Assembly: GCA_951406725.2 (NCBI GenBank)
Contig: OX597814.1
Coordinates: forward strand, 203,546,001-203,610,000
From: Octopus vulgaris
Taxonomy: Eukaryota
Direction: 5' to 3'
Length of the DNA: 64,000 nucleotides
Shown here: positions 27,966 to 40,452 of the stretch, one piece after another
Layout of the letters: each line of letters starts with the position of its first letter
Numbering within the stretch: position 1 is the first letter of the stretch
The notes under the pieces: model-generated
Told to the model about the DNA's origin: nothing
The model's database searches: none
Seen by the model: the letters and a program-made list of their open reading frames with translations, nothing else
Position numbers and translations under genes: made by a program

Positions 27966-28264
27966 ACATACATACATACATACATACATACGTACATACA
28001 TATATATAAATACATATATAAAAACAATAATATATATGCACATATTTTTGTATATATTACTTAGATAACTTAGATATGTTTCGACCAAAGATAGGCCCAG
28101 GCCAGGTCTAAACTAGTAGTACCACCAGATGATATGTATATGTGTATATATGTACATCTATCTATCTGTCTGTCTGTGTGTATGTATGTATGTATGTATG
28201 TATGTGTGTGTATATATATTTATATATATATATATGCATTTTTATATACATTTTATGTATATAC

Positions 28265-28344
<80 letters not shown>

Positions 28345-28348
<4 letters not shown>

Positions 28349-28510
28349 AGGAGTGGCTATGTGGTAAGTAGCTTGCTAACCATCCACATGGTTCCGGGTT
28401 CAGTCCCACTGTGTGGCATCTTGGGCAAGTGTCTTCTGCTATAGACCTGGGCCGACCAATGCCTTGTGAGTGGATTTGGTGGACGGAAACTGAAAGAAGC
28501 CTGTCGTATA
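28345..28510 (+). mobile_element. Family B SINE 5' half (3' half at about 31806-32030), split by the RTE LINE
   Basis: The two halves together reconstruct the intact copy at 59197-59600. Confidence 0.85.
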
Positions 28511-28511
28511 T

Positions 28512-31500
28512 ATCATCATCATCATCATCGTCGTTTAACGTCCGTTCTCCATGCTAGCATGGGTTGGACGGTTCGACCGGGGTTCTGGGAAGCCAGAAGG
28601 CTGCACCAGGCTCCAGTCTAAATTTGGCAATGTTTCTACAGCTGGATGCCCTTCCTAACGCCAACCACTCCGTGAGTGTAGTGGGTGCTTTTTACGTGCC
28701 ACCTGCACAGGTGCCAGGCGGGGCTGGCAACGGCCACGGTCAGATTGGTGTATTTTATGTGCCACCGGCACGGAAGCCAGTCGAGGCGGTGCTGGCATCG
28801 GCCACGAGTCGGATAGTGCTTTTTACGTACCACCAGACCAGGGATCCTGGCTGGTTCAATTCGATTTCGATTTCGCTTGCCCCAACATGTCTTCACAAGC
28901 AAAGGGGTTGGCAAGGGTGCCTGTCGTACGGTCGCATTGGAGTATTTTACATGCCACGGCCACGAGTCGGATAGTGCTTTTTACGTACCATCAGACCAGG
29001 GATCCTGGCTGGTTCAATTCGATTTCGATTTCGCTTGCCCCAACATGTCTTCACAAGCAAAGGGGGTTGGCATGGGTGCCTGTCGTACGGTCGCATTGGA
29101 GTATTTTACGTGCCACGGCCACGAGTTGGATAGTGCTTTTTACGTACCACCAGGCCAGGGATCCTGGCTGGTTCAATTCGGTTTCGATTTCGATTTCGCT
29201 TGCCCCAACATGTCTTCGCAAGCATGGGGGGTTGGCATGGGTGTCTGTCGTCAGATGAGGTTCTATATCGACTTCGCTTGCCTCAACCGGTCTTTGTGTC
29301 CAAGGGAGGAAAGGCATTCATAAGTGGGCTGGGCTCACTTGTCCTGCCTGGTCTTCTCACGTACAGAATATTTCCAAAGGTCTCGGTCTCTGGTCATTTC
29401 CTCAGTGAGGCCTAAAGTTCGAAGGTCGTGCTTCACCACCTCGTCCCAGGTTTTCCTGGGTCTACCTCTTCCACGGGTTCCCTCAACTGCTAGGGATTGG
29501 CACTTTCTCACACACCTATCTTCATCCATTCTCGCCACATGACCATACCAGCGCAATCGTCTCTCTTGCACACCACAACTGATGCTTCTTAGGTACAACA
29601 TTTCTCTCAAGGTGCTAACGCTCTGTCGAGTATGTACACTGACATTACACATCCATCGGAGCATACTGGCTTCATTCCTCACGAGCTTACGCATGTCCTC
29701 AGCAGTCACGGCCCATGTTTCGCTGCCATGTAGCATGGCTGTTCGTACACACGCATCATACAGTCTGCCTTTTACTCTGAGCGAGAGGCCTTTAGTCACC
29801 AGCAGAGGTAAGAGCTCCCTAAACTTTGCCCAGGCTATTCTTATTCTAGCAGTTACACTTTCAGCGCACCCACCCCCACTACTGACTTGGTCACCTAGAT
29901 AACAGAAGCTATCAACTACTTCTAGTTTTTCCCCCTGGAAAGTGACGGAAGTTGTTTTCTGCAGATTTTCGGAGGTTAATGCTCCCGAGCATCTGCCACA
30001 TACAAAAACTATCTTCCCAGTTAGCCTACCTTTGACATTGCTGCACCTCTTATGTGTCCATAGCTTACACTGGGTACATCTTATAGAGTTTCTACCTACA
30101 CCTTTTCTACAGATCGAGCAGGGCCATCTTCCTGAAGATATTTGTGGATTGTCTACCTTTCTACTTATTAGTACTTTGGTTTTAGCTAGGTTGACTCTAA
30201 GGCCCCTTGATTCTAAACCCTCCTTCCACACCTGGAACTTCTCCTCCAGTTCTGATAGTGACTCAGCAATAAGAGCAAGGTCGTCAGCGTAGAGGAGCTC
30301 CCAGGGACAGCCTGTCTTGAATTCCTCCGTAATTGCCTGGAGTACTATGATAAATAGGAGGGGGCTGAGTACTGAACCCTGGTGGACCCCAACCTCTACT
30401 TTGAATTCTTCTGTGTACATGTTGCCAACCCTAACCTTACTTACGGCATCTCTGTACATGGCTTGCACAGTCCTCACCAGCCATTCATCTATCCCTAGTT
30501 TCCTCATTGACCACCAGATAAGGGATCGGGGGACCCTATCAAAAGCTTTCTCCATGTCAACGAAAGCCAGGTACAGGGGCTTATCTTTGGCTAGGTATTT
30601 CTCCTGCAGCTGCCTTACCAGGAATATAGCATCAGTGGTACTTTTCCCTGGCACGAACCCAAACTGCATCTCATCTAAACTAACTCTCTCTCTAATTAGT
30701 TGGGCTATGACCCTCTCCGTAACCTTCATTACTTGATCCAACAGCTTGATACCTCTGTAATTATTTGTATTTGTATCTAGGGCATCACCTTTACCTTTGT
30801 AGCAGTTGACTAGTATGCTGCTGCACCAGTCATTGGGTATGACTCCTTCGTGTATCACCTGGTTGACTATACGGGTGACTAGGTTATAGCCGACACTGCC
30901 AGATATTTTGAGCATCTCTGCAGTAATTCCTGATGGGCCTGGGGCTTTCCCTGTCTTCATGCTTCTAATTGCCTTAGCTACCACGGAACTATCAACTCGG
31001 ATAGCTGGTCCCTCTGTAGGGTCAACATTCGGCAGACTCTCTTTATCCCATTCATTTTCCTCATTCAGTAACCTTTCATAGTGGCGTCTCCAAGCTTCTC
31101 TCTTTGCATCCTCATTTAGCGCAAGTGAACCATCCTCCATGCGAACACATTTCTCTCCTACCACATCACGATTCTCTCTCACACACTGTCTTGCAACACG
31201 AAATACCTCAAGTCTTTCATCCTCACGGCGCAGGACATTGGCAAATTTTCTCTTATCTGCTTCCCCTCTGGCTAGATAGACCTGTCTCCTAGCTTCCCTT
31301 CTGGCAGTCTGATACCCTTCCCTGCTACCACCGTTCTTCCAGGCCTTCCAAGCCTGTTTCTTTTGTCTAATAGCCCTGTCAACAATATTGTTCCACCACC
31401 ACGTTATTTTGGGTCTTAAGGGGACTTTGCACCAGCCACAGATCTGGTCAGCGGCTTTCAGCAGGTTGTCCCTCAGAAACGTCCAGTTGTCTTCTACCCC

Positions 31501-31728
31501 ATGTGTAGCTATACCCCCTTCCACCCCTTCAAGTAACATATCCACTTGTCCATTCGCAGGGGCTTTAAGCTTCCAGACCTTCTTCTCCATGTTGGTCGTT
31601 CAAGTAACATATCTCTAAATCTCTGTCCATTCGCAGGGGCTTTAAGCTTCCGACCCTTCTTTCCATGTTGGTCGTCTTCTAGTCGCCCTCTTAGTCCTGA
31701 TCCTAAAGTCACTAACTACCAGTCTATG
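28512..31728 (-). mobile_element. Young 5'-truncated RTE-clade LINE
   Basis: Long RT ORF, about 820-bp 3' UTR with three tandem units of about 158 bp (28801, 28958, 29117), and a (CAT)n tail. Confidence 0.93.
29335..31590 (-). CDS. RTE LINE ORF2 (reverse transcriptase with PHD-like insertion; endonuclease missing through 5' truncation)
   Basis: Motifs KAPGPSG, NYRGIKLL, QFGFVPGKST, FVDMEKAFD, GVHQGSVLSPLLF, LLYADDL, YLGD, RLRWYGHVARM and RGRGRPRKTW. The annotated start codon is not the native one. Confidence 0.9.
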   Translation of the reverse strand: MEKKVWKLKAPANGQVDMLLEGVEGGIATHGVEDNWTFLRDNLLKAADQICGWCKVPLRPKITWWWNNIVDRAIRQKKQAWKAWKNGGSREGYQTARREARRQVYLARGEADKRKFANVLRREDERLEVFRVARQCVRENRDVVGEKCVRMEDGSLALNEDAKREAWRRHYERLLNEENEWDKESLPNVDPTEGPAIRVDSSVVAKAIRSMKTGKAPGPSGITAEMLKISGSVGYNLVTRIVNQVIHEGVIPNDWCSSILVNCYKGKGDALDTNTNNYRGIKLLDQVMKVTERVIAQLIRERVSLDEMQFGFVPGKSTTDAIFLVRQLQEKYLAKDKPLYLAFVDMEKAFDRVPRSLIWWSMRKLGIDEWLVRTVQAMYRDAVSKVRVGNMYTEEFKVEVGVHQGSVLSPLLFIIVLQAITEEFKTGCPWELLYADDLALIAESLSELEEKFQVWKEGLESRGLRVNLAKTKVLISRKVDNPQISSGRWPCSICRKGVGRNSIRCTQCKLWTHKRCSNVKGRLTGKIVFVCGRCSGALTSENLQKTTSVTFQGEKLEVVDSFCYLGDQVSSGGGCAESVTARIRIAWAKFRELLPLLVTKGLSLRVKGRLYDACVRTAMLHGSETWAVTAEDMRKLVRNEASMLRWMCNVSVHTRQSVSTLREMLYLRSISCGVQERRLRWYGHVARMDEDRCVRKCQSLAVEGTRGRGRPRKTWDEVVKHDLRTLGLTEEMTRDRDLWKYSVREKTRQDK

Positions 31729-31729
31729 T

Positions 31730-31818
<89 letters not shown>

Positions 31819-32037
31819 TTGTGTTTGTCCCCCTAACATTGCTTGACAACCGATGCTGGTGTGTTTACGTCCCCGTCACTTAGCTGTTCGGCAAAAGAGA
31901 CTGATAGAATAAGTACTGGGCTTACAAAGAATAAGTCCCGGGGTCGATTTGATCGACTAAAGGCAGTGCTCCAGCATGGCTGCAGTCAAATGACTGAAAC
32001 AAGTAAAAGAGTAAAAAGAGTAAAAGAGTATATATAA

Positions 32038-32085
<48 letters not shown>

Positions 32086-32542
32086 GCTCATATAGGTGAG
32101 CACATCACTCAGTCAACCTCCTCCTCATTTCTTCCACCACAGTTCTCCAGCCTGCCCCTTACCCCACCACCTGATGCTGCTTTTCTCCCTTGCTGTCCAG
32201 AACCATCACCCTTGTTAGTCATTCTCCATCTATTAATATTGTTCTCTGCATCTATATGTTACATTGGCCTTCCCATAGCCCCCTCCCTAGAACACTAAAT
32301 TATTTCTCCTCATGCACTATGCCTGTCTAGCTCTCTGCTTTGTGTCTGCAGTCTACCCAAATATGTTATCTCTCTTCTTCCCTTGTCAAAGGTATCATCA
32401 TTACTACCCTGCTGCTAGCATTTCTGTAGACTCCCCAACTCATGCATCCCCTCCTTCAAGTTTTCCAATCTTTACAGATGTTGCCTTCCTCTTTCTCACT
32501 GCCCCTATTTCTTGCCCCATTACACTCTTGCAAACCCCCATT

Positions 32543-32701
<159 letters not shown>

Positions 32702-33673
32702 ATTGCCTATGCATGTGTGTATGTGTGTGTGTGTGTGTGTATATATACATGACTGTCACCTCTGTCTATCTCTATGGCGATAGCACAAATTCATCTTGGC
32801 TCTCTTAAATGTGAGTAATCATGTAGCTCCTTTTCATCAAGAACCTGCTCTACCACAACATCTTCCCCAACAACTTAACCCCTGTCAAACCTTAGGACAC
32901 AGCACCCTTTCTACTGGGTTTTATAAAATTGTGAGCAATATGGTGGTCTCAAACAGGGTTGGTAGCTTGAAAAAGGTACCCAGTACATGCTGTAAAGTGG
33001 TTGGTGTTAGGAACAGCATTCAACTATTGAAACCATGCCAAAGCAAACACAGGAGCTTCATGCAGTTCTTGGACTCATCAGATCCTTGTCAAACCATCCA
33101 ACACATGCCAACATGGAATATGGACATTGAATGATGATGATGTATACCCACATGCACATACACACACTCACGCACATAGCATACAAGATGGAAAAAGTTC
33201 TACCATTGCCTATGCATGTGTGTATGTGTGTGTGTGTGTGTGTATATATACATGACCTTGTTTAAGTGTGTTTCTATTTACATATTTTGGAAGTGAGGCT
33301 GCAGAATCCTTAGAGCTTTCCATTCTCAGTGCCTATGCATGTGTGTATGTGTGTGTGTGTGTGTGTATATATGACATGACCTTGTTTAAGTGTGTTTCTA
33401 TTTACATATTTTGGAAGTGAGGCTGCAGAATCCTTAGAGCTTTCCATTCTCTGAGTTCAAATCTTGTCAAAGTCAACTTTATTTTCAGCGCCTATTGGTG
33501 TCAATATATAAAATATGTCAAGTGCTGGTGCAGCTCTTCTTCTCTCCAGCTGTCACATCTTGAATACTTCTCTGAATCAAGGGTGGCAGGAATAAGAGAA
33601 TATGCGTGTTTGCTTGCAACTACTTGAACACTTAAAGTTATTACTGAAAATTTGATAGACATGCTGATACCAA

Positions 33674-33733
<60 letters not shown>

Positions 33734-33752
33734 AATATATATATATACATAC

Positions 33753-33810
<58 letters not shown>

Positions 33811-33890
33811 CCGATATATATAAACCCGGCAAGACCAGTATATAAGATACACGTAAAAGTACATACATACATACATACATATACATACAT

Positions 33891-33933
<43 letters not shown>

Positions 33934-35336
33934 CATACATCACGGAGTGGTAATGTTTAACATTCATTTCCATGCTATATATATATATATATATATATAT
34001 ATCATCATCATTAATGTTTAACGTCCATTTCCATGCTATATATATATGTATATCATCATAATCATTATCATCATCATCATTACATCATCATCATTACACA
34101 TCTGTTGGCCATGCTGCATAGATTGGACGGTTTGACCAACCCATGCCAGCATGGACAGTAGACATTAAATGATGATGATGATGATATATATGTATGTGTA
34201 TGTGTGTGTGTGTCTGTCTGTATGTATGTATGTATGTATGTTTGTGTGCATGTATGTGTGTGTATGTTTATATATATTCTTTCATTCTCTTTAAGTCTGA
34301 CACTCATTTCACTGATCTCTTTTGTCAAACTACTAAGTTGTCACACACACACACACACACATACACACACACATACACATACATCATAAAAGGCCAAGAG
34401 GTATGAGAAGTAAATATATTTATTTAACTACTGGATATCCAAAGGATGATGGCCGTTTTGCAGCCTTTATCATGTAATAATAATTTCATCATAATCATCA
34501 TCATCATCCTCATCATTTAACGTCTGCTTTCCATGCTGGCATGGGTTGGACAGTTTGACTGTGAACTGGCAAGCTGGGAGGCTGCACCAGACTCCAATCT
34601 GATTTGACAAAATTTCTACAGCTGGATGCCCTCCCTAACACCAACCACTCCAAGAGTGTAGTTGGTGCTTTTTATGTGCCACCAGCATGGGAGCCAGTCA
34701 GGCGGCACTGGTATTGGCCACACTCAAATAGTGCTTTTTATGTGCCATCGGCACAGGTGCCGGTCAGGCAGCACTGGCATCAGTCACATATTATTTGACA
34801 TGTCTACACCAATATGCATGCTATATACTGCACAGTACTATGCAGATATAGAAGGTTAGTTCTTCAGATCAGTAGGGCATTATGATTATGCCAATGCTTC
34901 AACTCTTATTATTACATAATGAAGGCTGTGAAATGATTGTAATCCTATGGATATCAAGTGGTTAAATACATATATTCACCCCTTGTACCTGGGTTTTTTT
35001 ATGATCTATACATTCCTCATGAAATAATTTTACAGATTCGCTCTCCTAGAGTTCAGCTGCATCAGACTTGACACTATACTATATATATGACAGTCTTCTT
35101 TTGATTTCCATCTACCAAATTCACTCATTTGATAATTGTGTCACATCCTTGCAAGACATAGATGGTTTTAATTAATCTAGAATTTATGTTGTATGATATT
35201 TGATGCACCAGTATTTGTCTATGTTGCTACTGACCACTCTGAGTTATTTCTCTTAGCTATGATATATATGTGTGTATTTATGCATGTATGTATATATGAT
35301 TGTATATATGTGCATATGTATGTATGCATGTATGTA

Positions 35337-36080
35337 CAGGGTTTTCACGTTAAATTTGGCAGTTTGCATAAAAGGGCAAGAAAACATAATCCATCCCAAA
35401 ATAAAAGTATTTAAAAAAATCAAAAAATACCAACTAGATTATGACTGGGAAATAAGTTTATTCAAAGCAGCTACCCTCAGCTTCTACCATGACTTTAAAA
35501 TAGCTTCAGAACTTGGTGCATGCGTTTTTTCACTATGTCCCTTGAGAGAACTTCAAACACCTCCTTGATCCTGGCCACCAACTCAGCCTTGGCATTGTAG
35601 GCAGACTCAACAGCATCCCACTCATAAGTAATCCATGGCATTAAAATTGAGAAAATTAGGAGGCATGAAAAGGGGGCTGGTGAAGTCATAGAAACTTTCC
35701 AACAACCACTTCTGGTTCTTTTGGAGGCATGGCAAAAAGCTAAATCCTGCAGCAACCCACTCCAGCCAAGGTTTGACGACAGTCTCAAGCAGCTTCACAT
35801 ACTAACTTGAATTGAGTCTAAGGCCTTGTCCAAAGATGTGGGGATGACTTCTGGCATGGGGATGCAATCAGAATACTTGCTGTGTCTCTTCTTACTGGCC
35901 ATAGTCTCCATTGCAGCTGTCTATGTTATATCTTACAGCCTTTACAGTATTCACAGAGCAGCAGTCATGATGTCAGCATTTTGATATCGGTGCAAATCAT
36001 CACGATACAGGTAACTTTTTTCCAATATTCAGATGGCTTCCAGCCTTCCATCAACTTCGGCTAACTTTTTCTCAATTACA
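35337..36080 (-). pseudogene. Tc1/mariner-superfamily transposase relic; related copy at 49810-50390
   Basis: Fragments YEWDAVES...AKAELVARIKEVF and VWQQDSSSCHTSRKCQKWLSENFYNF. Both copies begin TA-CAGGGT...TAAATTTG.CAGTTTG. Confidence 0.7.
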
Positions 36081-37217
36081 ACTCAATTACAACCATATGC
36101 TCTTTAATGTCAGTGACTATTCATCAATATATCAAGCTGTTCCTAAAAAAAAGACACATAAAAGATACATGTATGTATGTATGTTTGTATGTATGTATGT
36201 ATGTATGTATGTATGTATGTATGTATGTATGTATGTATGTATGTATGTATGTATGTATGTATGTATGTATGTATGTATGTATGTATGTATACATGCATGT
36301 ATGCATGCATGTATTCATGTATGCATGCATGTATTCATGTATGTATGTATATCAAAAGTACTGAGAAAAGGTTGAAAATGCATCAAATTTTTATATACAT
36401 ATTTTTTGTTTAACTAAAATAGGCTTAACTTTTTAACATTAGGGGAAAATAGTTTTATTCTATCTATTTATATGTACGACAATATAAATATAAAATTATG
36501 TTTTCATAGGATAAATGTTATTGTATTATGGCTTAAATAAAAATATATGGGGGAAAAGCTTTTAGTGTATACATTTTTGTGTGTGTTGCTGCTAAAAAAC
36601 ATTTTGCTGTAGAAGAAAATCATATTTAACTGTCCAGGATCTAGTTTATGCTGATATTCAGCTTTTCAAAGTTTTGAGTAATTTTTCCCTATGTAAAAAC
36701 CATGTGTGGATTAAATGAATATACATATATATGATGGACTCTTCTGTCAAAGATGACATATGACTGTTCAGTTTTTGCTGAATGACCCACACAAATGATT
36801 TGTTTATAGTGATCAAATGTATCTGCTGTATGCTTGCTCATTCTTTCTTCCAAATTATTGTCAGGTGTCAAAATGATCACAGAGCAGCAGGAGATGAAGA
36901 GGTGGTGGGACAGGTATAGGTGGTGGGGGTTGTATGAAAGTTACTAACAGGTTAGTATTATTAGATGAATGATGTGATTAAGAGAAGAGAGATTTTCTTA
37001 GCTTAGCTGGACATATGCATGGGGTAATAATAACAGCAACATATCAACAAGCAGAGTGAAATTTAGGCAGCACATGGCTGAAGATGGGTTCATATAGGTC
37101 TCCAGGTGGAAGTAGACAAGCAAAAAGGCAACTTCATTGCAAGAAATAGCAGCTAAGACAGATAAAAACAGATAAAAACTGCTGGAAAATAGCAACCAGG
37201 ACAAATAGAGGAAGGAC

Positions 37218-37260
<43 letters not shown>

Positions 37261-37292
37261 AAGGAAGAGAGAGAGAAACAGAGAAGGAAAAA

Positions 37293-37532
37293 CTTGACTG
37301 TCATAAAACTGCCGGCATCGGTTGTTAGTTGTCGGAGCACTGCATCCTTCAAAACTTCCATGCTTCCTGAGATTCGCCAACACTACACTTGATACACACA
37401 CAAGCATGTTCACTTTCCAGACATTTCTACACTACTGCATGTACTCTATATGCACTTTCTGACAAGTTGTGGTGCACCTGAGCACTGTATACAATAATTT
37501 CATTATTATATATTATTATTATTATTATTATT
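37293..37532 (+). mobile_element. CR1/L2-type LINE 3' end
   Basis: Reads KLPASVVSCRSTASFKTSMLPEIRQHYT*, followed by a short UTR and an (ATT)n tail. Confidence 0.6.
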
Positions 37533-37735
37533 ACCAGAGGGAACGTTGTAAGATTAAAGCAAGTGATATGAAAGTTATTTGCAGGTTAGTATTATTAGAT
37601 GAATGATGTGATTAAGACAAAATTTAGGCATCACATGGCCGAAGACTGGTTATATAGGTTTCCAGGCGGAAGTGGACAAATAAAAAGGCCAACTTCATTG
37701 CAGGATATATATACATATGTACACACACACACACA

Positions 37736-37814
<79 letters not shown>

Positions 37815-39021
37815 ATGCTCATTCACACACATATGTCATCCAGTCATCTGCAGTGAATTAACTTGCAAGAACTGACCAGCAATGAATTGACCTACAGCAC
37901 AATTTGTTGCCAGACTGAAAATGCCAATTTCTGAGAATGGTATTTTAGGATGATTAGTGACTGAGACTTTTGATCGAAGATTTCTCTCTAAATTGGAATG
38001 ACTTAAAATCACGTTTCATAAAATTCAATTCAGACATGTACAATTGCATGTGCACATTTTGTCTAAAACTAAAAATTATTTTGTTGTTATAGATTTGAAT
38101 TCAATTAATTGAAAAAAGAAATCAATAATTTGTAAAAAGATAAAGAAAAAATTTATTTCTCACCAAATGTTCTCAGCACAAACCCCACAAAAAAAAAAGA
38201 GAACACAACCATAAATCAAAAGAACAACCATAAGTCCTTGATTTTAAGCACTGTTAATTAGGAACATCCCACAAAGAATAGAAGCAAATGGTGTTCTATA
38301 ACTATAATAACTATAAATAACCTGAAGTTTGAGAAAAATCTAAGTTCTCATCAAACATGGAAATATAATGTCTTAAAACTGCAGAATGTTGAAAACCTGC
38401 ACGGTAGAGGATCCAGAGATAATATCAGCTGATCTGTCTGTGCTCTCATAATGCTTTCGAAAGCCAGACTTGTCTTCTATGACTTCTATGAAAGGGTCTA
38501 TGTTTGGAGACTAACACAGGATGCTTATATGAATACATCTCTAAAAAGCTCCAGCAGAGCACTGCTATTCATCAGCTCCAAAGGTGTGATCATTTTCTTT
38601 TACCTTGTTTTAGTCATTGGAGTGCAGCAAAGCTGGAATAATACCTTGAAGGATTTAGTTGAACAAATTGACCTCAGTACATATTTTTACAGTCTTTTAC
38701 TTATTCTGTGGGGCTCTTTTGCTAAACAACAAAGTTATAGGGATGTAAACACACTAACACCAGTTGTCAAGTGATGAGTGCGGGAGGGAGAACACAGACA
38801 CAAAGGCACACTTGCACACACACACACAGAGTGGACTTCTACACAGTTTCTGTCTACCAAGTTCACTCACAAGGTATTCGTCAGCACAGAGCTATAGTAG
38901 AAGACACTTGCTCATGCAAACTGTAAATCTGATACCAAATGATTGCAAATGAAGCCTCCTAACTATAAAGCTATGCCTACACCTACATATATATATATAT
39001 ATATATTTATTTTATAGAAGG

Positions 39022-39072
39022 AGCTTCTACAGGACTAGAACTGTTTCATTCAAAAGAAATCATCAGGAAGCT
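39022..39072 (-). ncRNA. Compact type I hammerhead ribozyme, solo between (TA)n tracts
   Basis: AGCTTC-CTGATGA-TTTC-TTTT-GAAT-GAAA-CAG-TTCTAGTC-CTG-TA-GAAGCT. Perfect 6-bp stem I and paired stem III. Confidence 0.8.
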
Positions 39073-39158
39073 ATATATATATATATACACATATATATAA
39101 TATAAATAATATATATATATATATGCATACACAAACACACACACATGCACACACATGT

Positions 39159-39213
<55 letters not shown>

Positions 39214-39255
39214 CACACACACACACATATACATATTCATATATATGTACATATA

Positions 39256-39303
<48 letters not shown>

Positions 39304-40221
39304 TTAAGCCATTCAAAAAATAATAGTGTCAGAATCTATAAAATAAGAAACACTTTTGCAGTTTATATGCAGTTTCATATTTATTCCCAAAAATCATTTT
39401 ATTTTACACTTTTCGTTTCTTTCTTTTTTACTTTTGGTAAAATAAGTGGCACAACATTCCAAAGAACATTCGAGAATTCCTTTCTTGTTTCTTTTTTTTT
39501 TCTCTTTTATTTTCTTACTTTTGTTGCCAGAAGCCAAAATATATTCTCACTTGAAACAGAAATTCTCTTCATAAAGATGATCTAAGATAAGACTAAAAAT
39601 AAAGGCAATTACAGAACCAGAATTCTGAGTAAATACAAGAGACATTGTATAGATCATAAAACAAATAACTTTGGACTAATATCTTTTGTTGTACGTCCTT
39701 CACTGGATTAACAATAATTACTTCTCTTACTTCTACAATCATGCCAATTTCTTGGCTAAAATACATACTTTATCAGATATATTTATAATTTTATGAGTTG
39801 CTATTTCTGTTTACATTTACTACAATTTTCTCCAACAATAATGGGGCAAAAACTGGAAATATTTTCCAAACAATTATAGAAATAAATAACATTGTTATTC
39901 TTAAATTTGACAGTTACTGCCTTACTCTGTTTATATACTGGTATTTCTAGGCTGTTCATATATAAAGAAAATCTTGTCGAATTTTTACTATATGATGTCA
40001 CAGCTTGTTCCTCCTTCCTTCTTTCTCATAATCTTATTTTCTTTTAGCTCTTCCCCACCAGCATCATCATCACCATATTAGATGTCCACGTAGTGGTCAT
40101 CCCTCTTATATGTATGTAATATAATTTTTCTGAATCTTCAGATTTTTTCAATATGCTAGGCCACTGATTTTAAATTGATATTAATCAAATTAATATTCAA
40201 TTTTTCACCCTTATTATTTAA

Positions 40222-40261
<40 letters not shown>

Positions 40262-40292
40262 GGGTGGCTAATTTGCAATTTTATAACCTAAA

Positions 40293-40446
40293 GGCAGGAA
40301 TATGTATGTGTCACTAAAGTGCCAAAGGCACTAGTCAGCACCAGTATTGTTAGAAATATGACAATGATACTTTGACTCTTATTTCTAGAAATACTGGTGT
40401 TGATTAGTGCCATTTGTCACTCACTTTAGTGACACATATTTCTACC
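40293..40446. repeat. Imperfect hairpin of about 150 bp between (TA)n tracts
   Basis: ATGTGTCACTAAAGTG...GGCACTAGTCAGCACCAGTATT / AATACTGGTGTTGATTAGTGCC...CACTTTAGTGACACAT. Confidence 0.75.
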
Positions 40447-40452
40447 ATATAT

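Noticed and set aside
28067-28125. Minus-strand TTAGA...GGCC/GGTC-GAAACATA-TCTAA, hammerhead-like stems
   Set aside because: The junction reads CCTGGCCTG rather than CUGANGA, so it cannot be called a ribozyme.
38545-38585. Minus-strand CTGATGA followed by the hairpin AGCAG/CTGCT
   Set aside because: No GAAA, stem III or stem I partner.
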